64,000 nt of DNA from Octopus sinensis (GCF_006345805.1 NC_043004.1:53568001-53632000), one strand, 5' to 3'; numbered from the stretch's first letter, positions 14,435 to 28,648 are shown. Made by a program: numbers and translations. The notes: generated by a model not told the origin, from the sequence alone.

Positions 14435-14522
<88 letters not shown>
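12810..14522 (+). mobile_element. R4/Dong-clade non-LTR retrotransposon, 5'-truncated and frameshifted
   Basis: MDDLKLYA and GLEKCAK RT motifs, RIYIQRIEGGRGL, CCHC knuckle CRICGDGQETINHIISSC, restriction-like endonuclease RPDIV...LIDVSIP...KYKDL, and an (AAT)n tail at 14438-14522. Confidence 0.9.
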
Positions 14523-14526
<4 letters not shown>

Positions 14527-15029
14527 CAACCATGTCTGTACCAAGTACATCAATCGGACATCTACATATCTATGAGTCTGATTATTCTGTCCGCTTGATT
14601 GATTATTCAAGATTAATTCGATTGGTTTATAGTTTTAAATTTGAATCACAAAAGAAATTTTACGGTTAGTTAGTCAAGAAACACACATACGCACACGCAC
14701 ATCCACAGATCAATCGCACATACATACATAATTATATGTATACACACACACATATACACTCATACACATACATATCCACAAACAACGTCAAACACATAAA
14801 TAAATAAATAATAAAAGAGGTATAATCGTAGCTATGCAGCCATCCAGCCTCTCAAAACGACAACAATGCCACTAAATTAACTAAGAAGATCCACTCACAT
14901 ATTTCCATAAAATATTTGTTATAAAGATACATATATTTATATATCAAGACATAGAATGTCATTTTCATAGGGTACACATACCATATGCCACCGTTTTTTC
15001 TGTAGTCATAGTATTATATAACATAACGG

Positions 15030-15064
<35 letters not shown>

Positions 15065-15069
<5 letters not shown>

Positions 15070-15535
15070 AATAAAATATATGCATACATACATACATATA
15101 TGTACGTACCTACATCTACATGTATATATACATGCATATATAAATATATATACGTGAGTACAGGACACCACAAATAGACGCAGAAATCAACGAGAACGAA
15201 AACGTTAAAACAAGCATGGAACGAACCTTTTTTTTACAAAGAAAAAACAGAGTACTAGACAAACTACACAAGGAAAAATCCCCTTCATCAGCTGTCCCTA
15301 GTTCAACTCCAGCGTAGTTTGTGTAGTTTGTGTAGTTTGTGTAGTACTCTGTTTTTTCTTTGTAAAAAAAAAGGTTCGTTCCATGCTTGTTTTTACGTTT
15401 TCGTTCTCGTTGAGTTCTGCGTCTATTTGTGGTGTCCTGTACTTACGTATATATATTTATATATGCATGTATATATACATGTAGATGTAGATACGTACAT
15501 ATATGTATGTATGTATGCATATATTTTATTTATTA
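15065..15535. repeat. Inverted repeat with ~208-bp arms (Penelope pLTR-like plus flank) and a spacer holding CTTCATCAG
   Basis: 15065-15271 is the reverse complement of about 15326-15535. The spacer holds the antisense of CTGATGA and (GTAGTTTGT)x3 at the junction. Confidence 0.85.
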
Positions 15536-15794
15536 CACTATTGTATGACTGAGCGCCTTCGCGTCGATTCGATTCGTTCCGTTTCGTTTCTTCTTCTTCT
15601 CCCAGTACAGTTTATATATATATATATACACACAGATACTTACTCACATCAGTGTGTGCGGGTGCATTTGTATGAAGGTATGTAGTTATGTAAGTATGTA
15701 TGTACGTATGTATGTATGCATAAATCTGTACGAGTATTAACATAACCATAGTACAACAAAATATTCTGACCTAAAATTCTTAATATATTTAACC

Positions 15795-15848
<54 letters not shown>

Positions 15849-15914
15849 TTATATATTACGGAGATGTACTCGCATAGCAAGTAATTTGATCTGAGATCGT
15901 GTGCTGAAACGAAA

Positions 15915-16187
15915 ACAATTGCAGCGTGGAATGTGTTTATAAGCCATTTAAGAAACACACAAAAGCCGTTCGATTCACTTCAACATTTAAGTTTAATTTG
16001 TCAAAATATTTTCGTCGCGACCTGTTCACTGACAAAGTCCGTGCAGCACGGACTTTGTCAGTGAACAGGTCGCGGATTTTAGCGACGAAAATATTTTGAC
16101 AAATTAAACTTAAATGTTGAAGTGAATCGAACGGCTTTTGTGTGTTTCTTAAATGGCTTATAAACACTTCCACGCTGCAATTGTTAT
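15915..16187. repeat. Near-perfect palindrome (~135-bp arms, 1-nt centre at 16045), Penelope-type inverted pLTR
   Basis: Centre ACAAAGTCCGTGC-A-GCACGGACTTTGT. The arms differ mainly by a deletion in the left arm. The left side extends about 65 bp further, to about 15855. Confidence 0.92.
16054..16103 (+). ncRNA. Minimal type I hammerhead ribozyme motif, G3-C8 core variant
   Basis: Stem I TTTGTCA/TGACAAA, core GTGAACA(G), stem II GTCGC/GCGAC, GAAA, palindromic stem III AATATT. Predicted cleavage triplet is UUU after 16096. Confidence 0.72.
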
Positions 16188-16197
16188 ACTTATATAT

Positions 16198-16252
<55 letters not shown>

Positions 16253-16277
16253 TATATATAATATATATATATATATA

Positions 16278-16396
<119 letters not shown>

Positions 16397-18790
16397 ATAT
16401 ATACATATATATATACATGATATTTAAATGTTCTATAAAATCAACTTCTAGGGCGTTCATGCAACAATTGATATTTCTATATATCTTCGCACTATGCATA
16501 TATTCAGTTCTATCATGATATGGCTTCAATTATGGAGGGATATATGTGTATGAAAGACGATAAATGTCAAAATATTTACATCTTGATTTATAGCCTCGTT
16601 GTTTTTATTAGTTCCACACGAGAAAATTAAACACTACGGGGTAATGCATATTTGCAGTAGTATAAAGGCTATTAAAAATATAACGCCAGGAAGGCTTTGA
16701 TAAAACTATTGAGAGGTAGGGCAGAAAACTAATTTCATTTTTCTCCGCGAATAATAAGGAAATGTCTCCTTTGGCTGGAGCATCTGACTGTCGTAAATTG
16801 CTTGCCAATATCAAGTAGTTACGTCTTTGACTTAGATGGCTTGAATATTATGGATTATGATTTTGTGTCAAGAATTTTGAAAATATGAACGGTGCATTTG
16901 ACCTCTGGTGCATGAAAGTGTAAATGTCTATTATCTCTGCCTCCTTTATCCCATCTAAACCATTTTAAATCTTCACGTGGTCGTTAAAGGAAATCATTCA
17001 ACAAGTATTATGCGTCAGATAAACGAATATCTATTATTCAGAACAAGTTAGTATATTTGTAGTAATGGGAATAGCCTAGTTGCTGAAATGTTGCATTAAT
17101 AGCAGGTAAATATTTTATTGAACCCAAGGAGGTTTTTATGAAAATTCGACTCCAGTGATGCATTTCAACTCTAAATATGAGACGCGTAATCAAATATCGC
17201 CTGATCGGATGACATTTTTATCCGACTATTTATTGAATCTGCAAATTGTTTCCCATATAAAATCAGAAAATATTTTAGAAATATTTTCAGTTGTATTATC
17301 TCTATTCCATCAGTCAGTGAGTGATTATTATTTGTATACACACACGCATATCTGTATATGTCAAAGGAATAACTGTCTAAGGGATATGGATATTTGTACT
17401 TACTACCGGCATTAATTACCTGTGTTAGTCCTGGGCATGGTTATGCAAGCACACTATGCTCATAGGTTACAGGTAATAATACAAGTGTTTATCAGGAATC
17501 AAATTTAAAATAAGCAGAAAGTGGAGAAAATATTTGATCAACAAACAAACAAATTGAGCAACATCGGTTAATTATTTTTTAATACAAAACTTAACATTTC
17601 TTACGACCGTTTCGGCTACCAATGTCAGTCAGTGCCTACATAGAAAACTCCGAAAATAATATTCGTCATCTTTATAGCACATTCGATCTAGTATATGGGT
17701 CTAGTACAATATCAGAGTGAATACAAATACATAAATTAAAAGAAGGGAAGAAGAAAAGCTGGGCCTCGAGATGAAGCAAAAAGGCTCAATAAATTAGAAT
17801 CATACTGCTTTGCAGTGTGAAGCTTGAAGTCGATGTTCAACAGAGTAAACTATCAAATAATCTTGAAAAATAATTGGTGGGTTATCTCTTTTTATAGGGA
17901 TGCCAGGATGTATAAATAATAGTGAAATAAAACTAGTGCTAAAGTAAAACAGAAATCGCCAGTAAGTCCAGAAAAAGGATATTACTTGTAATTTCGTAAA
18001 TAGAGCTAATTGATATTTATCCAAAAGCATACCCGTAAAGTTTTTATAATGGTACACTTACTGAAATATTCTAGTGACCAACCACTTGTCCGTAAGGGAA
18101 TTGACCAAAATCCACCCATCTCTACAATTGATCAGTTACATTTAAAGCCAAGGGCAAGCTAAGACCGTTACAGTAGTAAATGTAAATACAGAGGTAAATA
18201 AACCTGTAAATAAAAGGTGAGGGGGAGAAGACTGTGTCGAAAGTGGCACGAGGCCGCATATGCTCTTCTACACCCTCACAACATAAAATAAAATAAAAAT
18301 GAAATAAATACTAGCAACCATACGGCTATAAATTTCTGACAGTTAAAGGAAAACTACTGTTAGGGGAAGTAGTTACTACTCGATTTACCTTCGAAATATA
18401 ATGGTAGATCTGACATCTTAAATAGTCAACATGTTTCCAAGTGGTTGTTATACAAGTACCTTGTTCGTCTAGCAACGATTTTTAATACGTTTTTCTATAT
18501 CAGTAGAAGCTTTTTCTACGAATGCTGTTGATAGAAGATACTTGCTGTCGATGACGTGCGAAAACACAGAAATAAGGATTTAATAATTAAACCACTGCTA
18601 CTCGACAATTTTCGTCTGCTTCTGATGCAGTTTTGTGTTTTTGTGTCTATATGAGAACATTTGTCAAGACGAATACATCGCTTTTGTGACTTTCTATATG
18701 TATATTCGCGTTGGATAAGATAAAGAGAATTATATATATATATAATGTGTGTGTGTATTTGAACGTGAGTGTGTGTGTGTGTGTGTGGTG

Positions 18791-18821
<31 letters not shown>

Positions 18822-21332
18822 GTACGTCTATACTACAACATATATGTTCCTTTATTTCACTTATGTTAAAATCGTCATGTTAAAATCTACTGCCAAACAT
18901 GGTACGAAACTTATGTAACTCATGAAAATTTGAAACGTAATTGTATTGAATTCTTTCTATTGTCCAGAACAATTTCTCTTAAAAGTACCCTGTTATCTTC
19001 TTCAGATAGTTTCTCAGAAATTATACATCAGTTAATAACTTGATTCATTAAATTTTCAACCACTTATTGTATGCGCTGATTAATATATGCAAGAATCGAC
19101 ATATCTACCCCATTTCGGTGCAAAGCATTTATAATACATTCCCTATGAAAAATGAATAGGTTGAGGTTTGAACGAATCCTTAAAATATGTATATATTTTA
19201 TGAACTGTTGAAATGTGCCCAAATAATGACGCATAATAATGTAAATGTTAAGATATGCATCTTTATGGTATTTACTTTTAAGGAGACGTACTGGAAGAAA
19301 CGTTAGTGAGCCGGAAAATGCTTACTGACACTTTTTCCGGCTTTTTGTTGTGAGATAAAATGTCAGAGGTTGACTTTGCTTTTCATCTATTTGGGCCAAT
19401 AGCATGAGTGACCTTTGAGCACTGGGGTCGATGTATTTGTGTAACCATCAACCCAAAACTGTCAGTATCAATGCATACAGTAGAAAAGATTATGGGACTT
19501 AGCTTTTACCAATTAAATTCATTTGGTTATGTACCCACCAGTATTTGAACCAAAATTCAGTTTTCAAACAACTTATTTGGTTTTGCTTATCTCTGTTGCA
19601 AAAATCTGTGAAACCTATTTTTTACTTTAAAAATTCCTCCTTCAGAACTTTGTAGTTTTCATTTAGAAATCGTGCAGAAATTTTCAAACTGATTTGAATG
19701 TAATCCAATAAGAAATTAAGAGCCAATCAGAGACTCTCTCTATGGTTGCACATCCGGCTTCAAATAGGAACTATTTTCTATATTTTTTAACGTCTCACTC
19801 CAAAGATTTAACTAAGTAAGGACCAAATTTGTTTCATATATTTCCAAATACTCTAAATTATAATATTATAGGTGGTATTTGCTTATCCTTGGTAATTTGA
19901 GAATATTAAATACAATGTGGATTATCTCACGGAAATTGTGCTAATTTATCGCACAAACTAATACACCGAAAGAAATATTAACCAAATAATATGAATGCGA
20001 TTTCCATAAAATATTTGCGGGTAGTAACAGTATCATAAAATAATCAAAGTTTTTTTTTTTCCTTTGTGATTATACTTCATATAGCTTTTGATGTTTCTAT
20101 GACTGAATAAAAAAAGAAATGGGAATGGTTAAGGTTGGAATGCACTTAAAGCCGGATCGGGACTGAATTCAAGCAAAACAATACATGTCGAATAAGAATG
20201 CTTGACAAAACCTTAATTAAAGAGAATGACAAGTATATTTTCTGAAACAGAGAACATAGCTCCTAAAGGTAAAATAAATTTCTTAACGTTTTTTGTTGTC
20301 TTTTTTTTTAACAGAGGAAACGTTTTGGTATTCAATGAGCAAACATTCACTATTATCTTAGTAAATCATGTCACATCTATAACACTTTTCTCTTTCCGTT
20401 TTGGTGTTTTGCTATGGAAAAATATAATCGAAAACAAATTCTCTCACACTTAAACTTGTATTTCAGAAACAGGCTATAACAACAACAACTATAAATTCAA
20501 AATGAATGACAACCAAAATAGTAATATATTGTAGAATAGAGTAAATATATATGTATATCAGATATCTGTATTCACAGCATAGTTCATGGTAAAGAAACTA
20601 ATTTGTAACGTAATTCTATTGAATTATGTTCTACACTCTCCAGCATCTAACCTAACACACAACCAAGACAATCTCCACCACCTCACCTGCAACAATGATT
20701 GCTATCTCTACCAACGAATGCTTAGCAACAATTCCACTGCCGATACCACCATCACTCAACAATCATCATTACCAACACTAGTTTTGTATTTGAACCTGCA
20801 GCAGCACAAACACAACATTCACACTTTGCATCATTTGATACATCAATGCTACTACCACACCTGCTGCAACGAGAACTAACATTTCTTTTACACATACTTT
20901 CACTAAAACGAGAGAACACCTCTGCATTATATACACTTCAGCACCACCAAAGCAAAATTAAACAAAACAGTCCTCTACCATATCTAGAGAGGGAAACCAC
21001 AAACAACTTCAAGAAAAGTACAACTGAGACTATGACCTACAAATGTAAAGAGAAGCTCCCTCAACAAATAATTCAACTAAAACAACTAACATGATCTCCA
21101 CCGAAAGTAACACTGCCAACACTGCCACTACCACAGCCAATGACTGCTGCTCAAGAATAGAATGTTAAGGGAATTCTAAAAGAAACTGGAGTCAAGTAAG
21201 TAAACGAACAACTGAAATAAAGGCAAAAATACAAATTAGATATAAATACACACACACACACAGACATACATAGACACACAAACATTATTGATATATATAT
21301 ATATATATATATAGATAGATATACATATATAA

Positions 21333-21377
<45 letters not shown>

Positions 21378-21669
21378 AATGAGGGTGAAAAATTGATATT
21401 AATTTAATAATACCATTAATTTAACACCGAGTGGCTTAGCACAAAAAACTAGGGAGAAAATACAAATTTATACATAAATTATTAGAGAGTTACCACTATG
21501 TGGATAGCTCTAGTGCTAAAAATAGCTCCGATAGTATAGCCACAGAAACGATGTTTCCAATTAGAAATAACATTACATTTAACGGAAGGTGTGTGTGTAT
21601 GTATGTCAGCGTGCTTGTGCACTCTCAGACATATATATATATATGTGTATGTATGTATGTATGTATATG

Positions 21670-22932
21670 CAGGGTGCGTAAGACATTTGAGAACAAATTT
21701 GTTTGTAAAAATAAACAGATATATAATAACAGATAGTAAATTTATTTATCAAAAACGGCTATAAGGATAAAAATAAACCTTCTTTTCAATAATGTTATTT
21801 AATAAAGCCACTTTCAGCTTCAAAAACTCCTACTATATGAGATCTAAATCATTTACATGCTTGAATCAAGTCGTCCTGGCTCATTTAGAACATTACACTG
21901 ACGATGGCAGATTTCAAAGGATCTTTGGTGTTATAAGCCTGTCCATTGACCTCTCTCTCAACAACGCTCTACATGTAATAGTTCTATGGATTGAGATCTG
22001 GGGAATTTGGAGGCCAAATGTTAGGGGTTATGTGATCATTAAAATGTTCAGCCATCCATTCCTGTGTTACTAGAGCCATATGTGATAGCGCAGATATTTA
22101 CTCAAATACATATGGCTTTAAATTGCATACGCTGTCTATTCAGGGATTAACGGTTATTTCAAGGACCTCAATGTAAGTGGCAGAGTTAACTCTAAAGCCT
22201 TGTAGAAAGAAATAAGGAGGCACAGCAAGTCTTTCATTGCTGACAACCCCTAAAACTATGACAGTTGAAGGAAATATTGTATGCATAACACTCGGAATTC
22301 AGAAGTATCTGCATATAAACATCTGTCATTTCTTCTGTTAACAGTTTGATCTTTTTTGAAGTTTTTCTCGTTTGAGAAAAAATCAAATCAAATCTTCTTC
22401 TGCTGGATATTTCAGTTTGTTTAAGACCCTTTTAAATCTAATATAGTGATTTTCTTAGGCATTTTCTACCAAATTAACTTTTTCTCATCATTTAAGACGT
22501 ATATCTGATGTCTTCGTGAGCATCATTTCTGACTGTTCCTTCTGACACATGGAGAGGCTTTGCAATTAACCTCATGGATATTCTGGGATTGTAATCAATG
22601 GTCTGTTGAACTTGTTGGATAAATTCAGGTGTTCTGATGATTTCATAGCGTTTAGGATGCTTTTTATGCTTTGATACTGGTGATAAGTTTTCATCTTCAG
22701 TCTCTAGCTCCTTACAAACTTTGTAGACGAAAGATCTGGCAACTGTAAAAAATCGAGATATTACTAAATCGCTATGCTCAGTCTTTATAACCACAATAGC
22801 GGCATGTCTTTTCCTTTCTTGAGTAAGCTGAGTGTCTTCGTTATCATTTTCTGAAGCAAAGATTAAACAGAGTTAGCAACAAATGAAGCAATGACCCCTA
22901 AAATGGTATGTCCTCAAATACCTTACGCACCC

Positions 22933-22934
<2 letters not shown>
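21670..22934 (-). mobile_element. Tc1/mariner DD37D (maT)-type transposon, full length, inactivated
   Basis: TIRs AGGGTGCGTAAG.. at both ends in TA context. N-terminal HTH ORF at 22492-22794 and WPPNSPDLNP motif with 37-residue spacing between the (mutated) second and third catalytic positions. Confidence 0.9.
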
Positions 22935-23001
<67 letters not shown>

Positions 23002-23229
23002 CAAATAGTTCAAATATATATATATATATATAATATATATATATATATAGTTCAAATGTATAGAAAAAAAAAGACGAAAACAGATGAGTGAACAACAAAA
23101 CAGGTGTATTATTTGGACGATCGGGAAGAATGGAAGATATTTCAAACCGATTCTCTTCAACAGAAAGGGCTGAGAGAATAAAAAACTGGTGAAAGAGAAA
23201 ACAGAGAGAGAAAAATATGTTTAGAGATT

Positions 23230-23760
23230 AACGGTTCAACTTGATGACTGCAGTGTGTCAAACTGGCAGCGAAACGTGAGGCAATCTAGCGACACGACAC
23301 AAGGAAGATTGATTCGGTGAAACAGATGAGCTACTGAGAGAGGATAAAACAACTGAAGCTCCACTCACTAAGGAGAAAGCCTGTAATATATGCAGTGATA
23401 TACATATGGATCATCCTGGAAAGTCTAGCTCTCAACTTTGGGATTGAAAACTATACCATCCACCACACTGGGTGGCATCGCATGATACCAAAGATCCAGT
23501 CTCTTCAATCTAGGATAAGGATCGAGTACTGTAACACCGTGAGTTTCGGGGCTTCGCAACTATGCAACATTCTGATAAACAACTTCAGAGATTCGCGAAA
23601 TATAGTTGTGGAGGCCTTCAAAGAATATTCGGACAAACTTTTATCTAAGATACGAGATGACCCTACATCGAGGCAAGAAAAACATATCCATCCAACTTGC
23701 TACACCAGCAAAACTATGCTGGGTCTCCAATAATTATGAAAGTCTCCAAAATGCTGTCAG
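23230..23760 (+). mobile_element. CR1/L2-type LINE 3' end, degenerate
   Basis: Translation KLAAKREAI*RHDTRKIDSVKQMSY*ERIKQLKLHSL...IYIWIILE...KIRDDP resembles the C-terminus of CR1-group ORF2. Confidence 0.75.
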
Positions 23761-23798
23761 TCCTTGTTGGATACCAGTAAAAGATATATAGGTGTGAT

Positions 23799-23845
<47 letters not shown>

Positions 23846-24036
23846 ACACACATACATACATACATACATACATACAAACATACATACATACATACATACA
23901 TACATACATACATACATACATACATACATACATACATACATACATACATACACGTGTGTGTTTGTGTATGTATTGAGAATTATTTTTGAAATATATACAT
24001 GTATGCGACTTATATGCAAATGCACAACTATCTATA

Positions 24037-24553
24037 TATTTCGACGTGAAGGAAAGAACTACACAAAATATTTAACTATTTTTATGCATATATAAACACA
24101 TATACATTGACACACACAAACGTTCAATTAACACAATTATATAGAAATATATATATATATATATATATATAGATATATATATATATATATATACAAAATA
24201 AGAAAATGGAGAAATACATCCAAATCAAATATCAACTACCAGATAATACCCAATCACATACTTTATTAAACCACCACATAAGAAACTTTAAAGTCAAACA
24301 TAATAATATAGGACAAAACAGAGTACATAAAGGAGTGTACATAAAGGAGTAATATGATACAATAAGTACAATATGTATAAGAGAATATAAATATAAATAA
24401 ATATAAATATAAATATAAATATATATATATATGTGTGTGTATGTGTGTTTGTATATATACTCGTGTTTGATTATTTGTGTGTGACTGTATACGTTTATAC
24501 ATGCACAAAAATAGTTAACTATTTTGTGTAATTCCTTCTTTCACGTCAAAATA
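24037..24553. repeat. Degenerate inverted repeat with ~100-bp arms (MITE or inverted pLTR)
   Basis: TATTTCGACGTGAAGGAAAGAACTACACAAAATA.. at 24037 mirrors ..TATTTTGTGTAATTCCTTCTTTCACGTCAAAATA ending at 24553. Confidence 0.65.
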
Positions 24554-25071
24554 AATACCCCATGTGATAATTTGTATGTAAGTCACCTGCATGGATATAT
24601 TGCAGAGTTAATTTTAAATGCTGTAATTCACGCGTGCACACTCGAATTTATATGAATATTTTCGATAGATTTCATTTGGCAATTAGTTTGTTGATATACG
24701 ACACTGAAGTTGTTTTTGGTAAAGATGTCTTCTGATTCGATGGAATTCTTTTCGTTATGCAACAATAGTTGATTTCCCCGTTGGTGTTACTTATGCACAA
24801 GCAATTTTTAAGGGAAGAGACTCATCATGCGAACTACTAAAAATATTTGAAATAACTTATCTTTAAGCATGGCATGCACAAAAAAGTCATGGGCTACAAG
24901 TTGCCCATGACTACTTGACTAAACTTATACAGATCTATAAAATCCCCTGAATGTCTACAGGTATCAGTAAATATACTAAACCACATAGAAACATATATAA
25001 TACATGCACGCACGCACACACACCACACACACACACATACACACACACACACCACACACACACATACACCA

Positions 25072-25110
<39 letters not shown>

Positions 25111-25187
25111 TATATATTATACAACATATATAATACATGCACGCACGCACACACACACACACACACACATACACACACACACACACA

Positions 25188-25240
<53 letters not shown>

Positions 25241-25272
25241 CACACATGTATATATATTATACAAATTTGAAA

Positions 25273-25501
25273 GGCGGCGAGCTGGCAGAAACGTTAGCAC
25301 GCCGGGCGAAATGCGTAGCCGTATTTCGTCTGCCGCTACGTTCTAAGTTCAAATTCCGTCGAGGTCGACTTTGCCTTTCATCCTTTCGGGGTCGATAAAT
25401 TAAGTACCAGTTACGCACTGGGATCGATGTAATGACTTAATCCGTTTGTCTGTCCTTGTTTGTCCCCTCTGTGTTTAGCCCCTTGTGGGTAGTAAAGAAA
25501 T
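25273..25501 (+). mobile_element. SINE family B, intact, with ~18-bp TSD
   Basis: Full head and tail. TATATATATTATACAAAT occurs a few bases before the head and immediately after the tail. Confidence 0.9.
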
Positions 25502-26298
25502 ATATATATTATACAAATAAATAATATATATATGTTGATATATTTGTATGCAATTTTTCCTACTCTAAATTTATGCGTAATTTTTGCTAGAGCCAGAAGA
25601 CTTCAAGTTAACTTATTTTTATTTTCCTAAAACGATGTACAAAATAAATCATTCTACAGAAATTATAGTGAAGTGAGAATTTTGCCGTAAAAAATGTATG
25701 ACTTCGAGTATCAACAAGACTTTGAAACATAATTGCTATAGTGCAATAAAGTATAATTTAAACGGCACATTTTAACCGATTCTGTTGTTGAGAAAAACAG
25801 AAGCGTCAACACACAATAATGCAAACATCAAAAGTTCTGATGGGTTTGATTGCGACATTGTTAAACAGATGTATAAATAGAAATAAAATATACTTTACCT
25901 AAACATCAAGAGCAAGTCTTGCTCAGCTATATTTGGGGAATAAATACTGAAATTAACATTTTTTTTGTTTTTAACAAGCATTATTTTCGAATTTCTGCAT
26001 GGGTTCATAAGCAACGGACGATATTTGTCCATCGTTGTTTTCCTGAGATCATACATTGTCACTTAAATGTTCACTACATTATCAACAGTAAATCAGAATA
26101 AAATTTTCTTTGACCAACACCAAACGATCACATTTTGAGGAAAATATATCTCAACGGTTGCTCTGATTTCATTTTTCAAGAACAGAAAGAGAGATAGAGA
26201 GAAAGAGGAAGAGATAGATAGATAAATGCATATATGCGTCGACAGGCGCGTACGCATACTTACATACAAGCATGCATACATATTCATACAAATACACA

Positions 26299-26352
<54 letters not shown>

Positions 26353-26356
<4 letters not shown>

Positions 26357-27151
26357 GTGCGGTGAATAAACTGTGGTCTAAATTACGCAAAAATGAAAAA
26401 TAACGTTGACACTTCGTTTTAACAGATATATTGACCAAAATTACATTAAGATATCTTGAAAAATACTAAATAGTAAATTCATTCAATAAAATCGCCATTG
26501 CCTTCAACCACAGCCTCCAGACGACTTCGGAATCTCCTGCAACTTTTCTGGACAGTCTCCTTGTTTAAGTTGGTGAATGCTGTCATAACCCTTACCTTCA
26601 ATTAATCTTTGGTGTTACAAGGAGATTTGCGCTGAACCCATAATAATCAAGAGGGTTGCAGTCTGGGTCAGTAGGTGGTCAAATATTAGGGGTGATGTGG
26701 TTGCAGAAATTGTCTGACAGCTATGACTGGGTTTGCAAGATATAGGGCCTTCCAGTAGCTCCCCGCCCTCTTGACCCAAGGCTGCACTACCTCCTCCAGG
26801 TACTTGCTGTAGACCTCCGTGTTGAGCCTGAGGTCGAGTGGAAGATGAATTGAGGTATAACGTCGCCATCACTAGTGATCACTCTAAACACCGTGATGTT
26901 GACTGGATGTTTGATTTTTATCACTCCCAGTACATGTTTTGGGGACAATCTGTCCTCAGATTCACACTCTGAAATGTTCATATTGGAGCTTCCGGCGCCA
27001 ATGCTAAGCAGTACAGCATGTCATTTCCAAATTTCTGGCAGAGTGAATCGTGTAGTGGTTTCTCTCACAGACGGTGTAGTCGACAAAATTAAAAACAAAC
27101 AATGCGCGAAATTAGAAATAAAAAGTGGTGACAACTACATGTCGTACCCTG
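26353..27151 (-). mobile_element. DD37D (maT)-type transposon, internally deleted
   Basis: CAGGGT..ACCCTG termini. Minus-strand KHPVNITVFRVITSDGDVIPQFIF and HITPNI*PPTDPDCNPLDYY. Confidence 0.85.
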
Positions 27152-27314
27152 TATGTATGTATGTATGTATGTATGTATGTATGTATGTATGTATGTTTGT
27201 ATGTATGTATGAATGTATGTATGTATGTATGTATCTATCTATCTATCTATCTATTTATCTATTTATCTGTCTATCTATCTATATATCCATCTATCTATCT
27301 ATATTCATATTTAT

Positions 27315-27520
27315 ATATGTGACCACTTGTGTATCGTTGACGATTTTCTTTCTCCGTCTTACCTTCCTTGGACCTTTCCTTTTTCTATGTTTCTGACGAA
27401 GATCTCCGCTCAAAACGTTAAATCCTCCTTCTATCTTTCCTTTCCGGAGCGTCCAATAGCACTATACTTGTCCCACGTCTTCACGTTGTTGGGTTTTATC
27501 TTTGTTCATGTTTGGATTAA
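27315..27520 (+). mobile_element. Penelope-type pLTR fragment with decayed canonical hammerhead (C3-G8) at 27390-27422
   Basis: TTT-CTGACGA-A-GATC-TCC-GCTC-AAAA-CG-TT-AAA, with G12 mutated and a stem II mismatch. A related, deleted copy lies on the minus strand at 35020-35150. Confidence 0.65.
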
Positions 27521-27531
27521 CTATATATATA

Positions 27532-27580
<49 letters not shown>

Positions 27581-27582
<2 letters not shown>

Positions 27583-27949
27583 CGCAGGAGTGGCTGTGTG
27601 GTGAGTAGCTTGCTAACCAACCACACGGTTGCGGGTTCAGTCCCACTGCGTGGCATCTTGGGCAAGTGTCTTCTGCTATAGCCCCGGGCCGACCAATGCC
27701 TTGTGAGTGGATTTGGTAGACGGAAACTGAAAGAAGCCTGTCGTATATATGTATATATATGTGTATGCGTGTGTTTGTGTGTATATATGTGTGTGTCTGT
27801 GTTTGTCCCCCTAGCATTGCTTGACAACCGATGCTGGTGTGTTTAGGTCCCCGTCACTTAGCGGTTCGGCAAAAAGAGACCGATAGAATAAGTACTAAAA
27901 GGTGGTGCTCCAGCATGGCCGCAGTCAAATGACTGAAACAAGTAAAAGA

Positions 27950-27951
<2 letters not shown>
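27581..27951 (+). mobile_element. SINE family A
   Basis: Closely matches 2831-3234. Confidence 0.9.
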
Positions 27952-27984
<33 letters not shown>

Positions 27985-28512
27985 CATATATATATATGTG
28001 TGTGTATGTATGTATGTATGTATGTATATATATATATAACAGGTACCGTCAGGCATAAATCCAGTCAGTGTATATTATGCATGCGTATGTGTTTCCGTTT
28101 GTCTCAAAGAGCATTTGTATGTCCTTCTATTTGTGAGTGACAAAAAGACAGATCTAAAGAAGTAAAGATACAGAACTTAGTTCGCACCATCTTAATCACA
28201 TTCGGATTAAATATCGGCTGAGAGTATGTGATCAGTTCAGCACGGAATCGAAAAGTGGATCGTAATTTGCCCAAGTAGAGAACAGAAACGTAAAATTCTA
28301 ATAAATAATTGTTATTTCAAACAATTTAAAAAGAAAGAAGAAAAATGAGATTTCATTAAATGAAGCTATAAAAGAATGCCAGACAATACAGAATAGTTTA
28401 TGATTGCACAGGGAATCTTTTTAAGTCTTAATAATGCTCTTCAATCATTATTAAATTTTATTAGTTTTAATAGAAAAACTTTTGTTTGAAGGTATGTGTA
28501 TATGTCTGTGTT

Positions 28513-28648
<136 letters not shown>

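Noticed and set aside
17600-17640. Minus-strand GCCGAAACGGTC hammerhead 3' half
   Set aside because: The 5' core and stem I do not pair, so at most it is a fragment.
20586-21094. A/C-rich overlapping ORFs
   Set aside because: No recognisable motif. Compositional bias explains the open frames, and an old LINE ORF1 remnant is possible but unsupported.
23238-23285. TTGATGA-CTGC..GCAG-C-GAAACGTG resembling a hammerhead
   Set aside because: It lies in the reading frame of the CR1-type remnant, has no stem I and has a GUG site.
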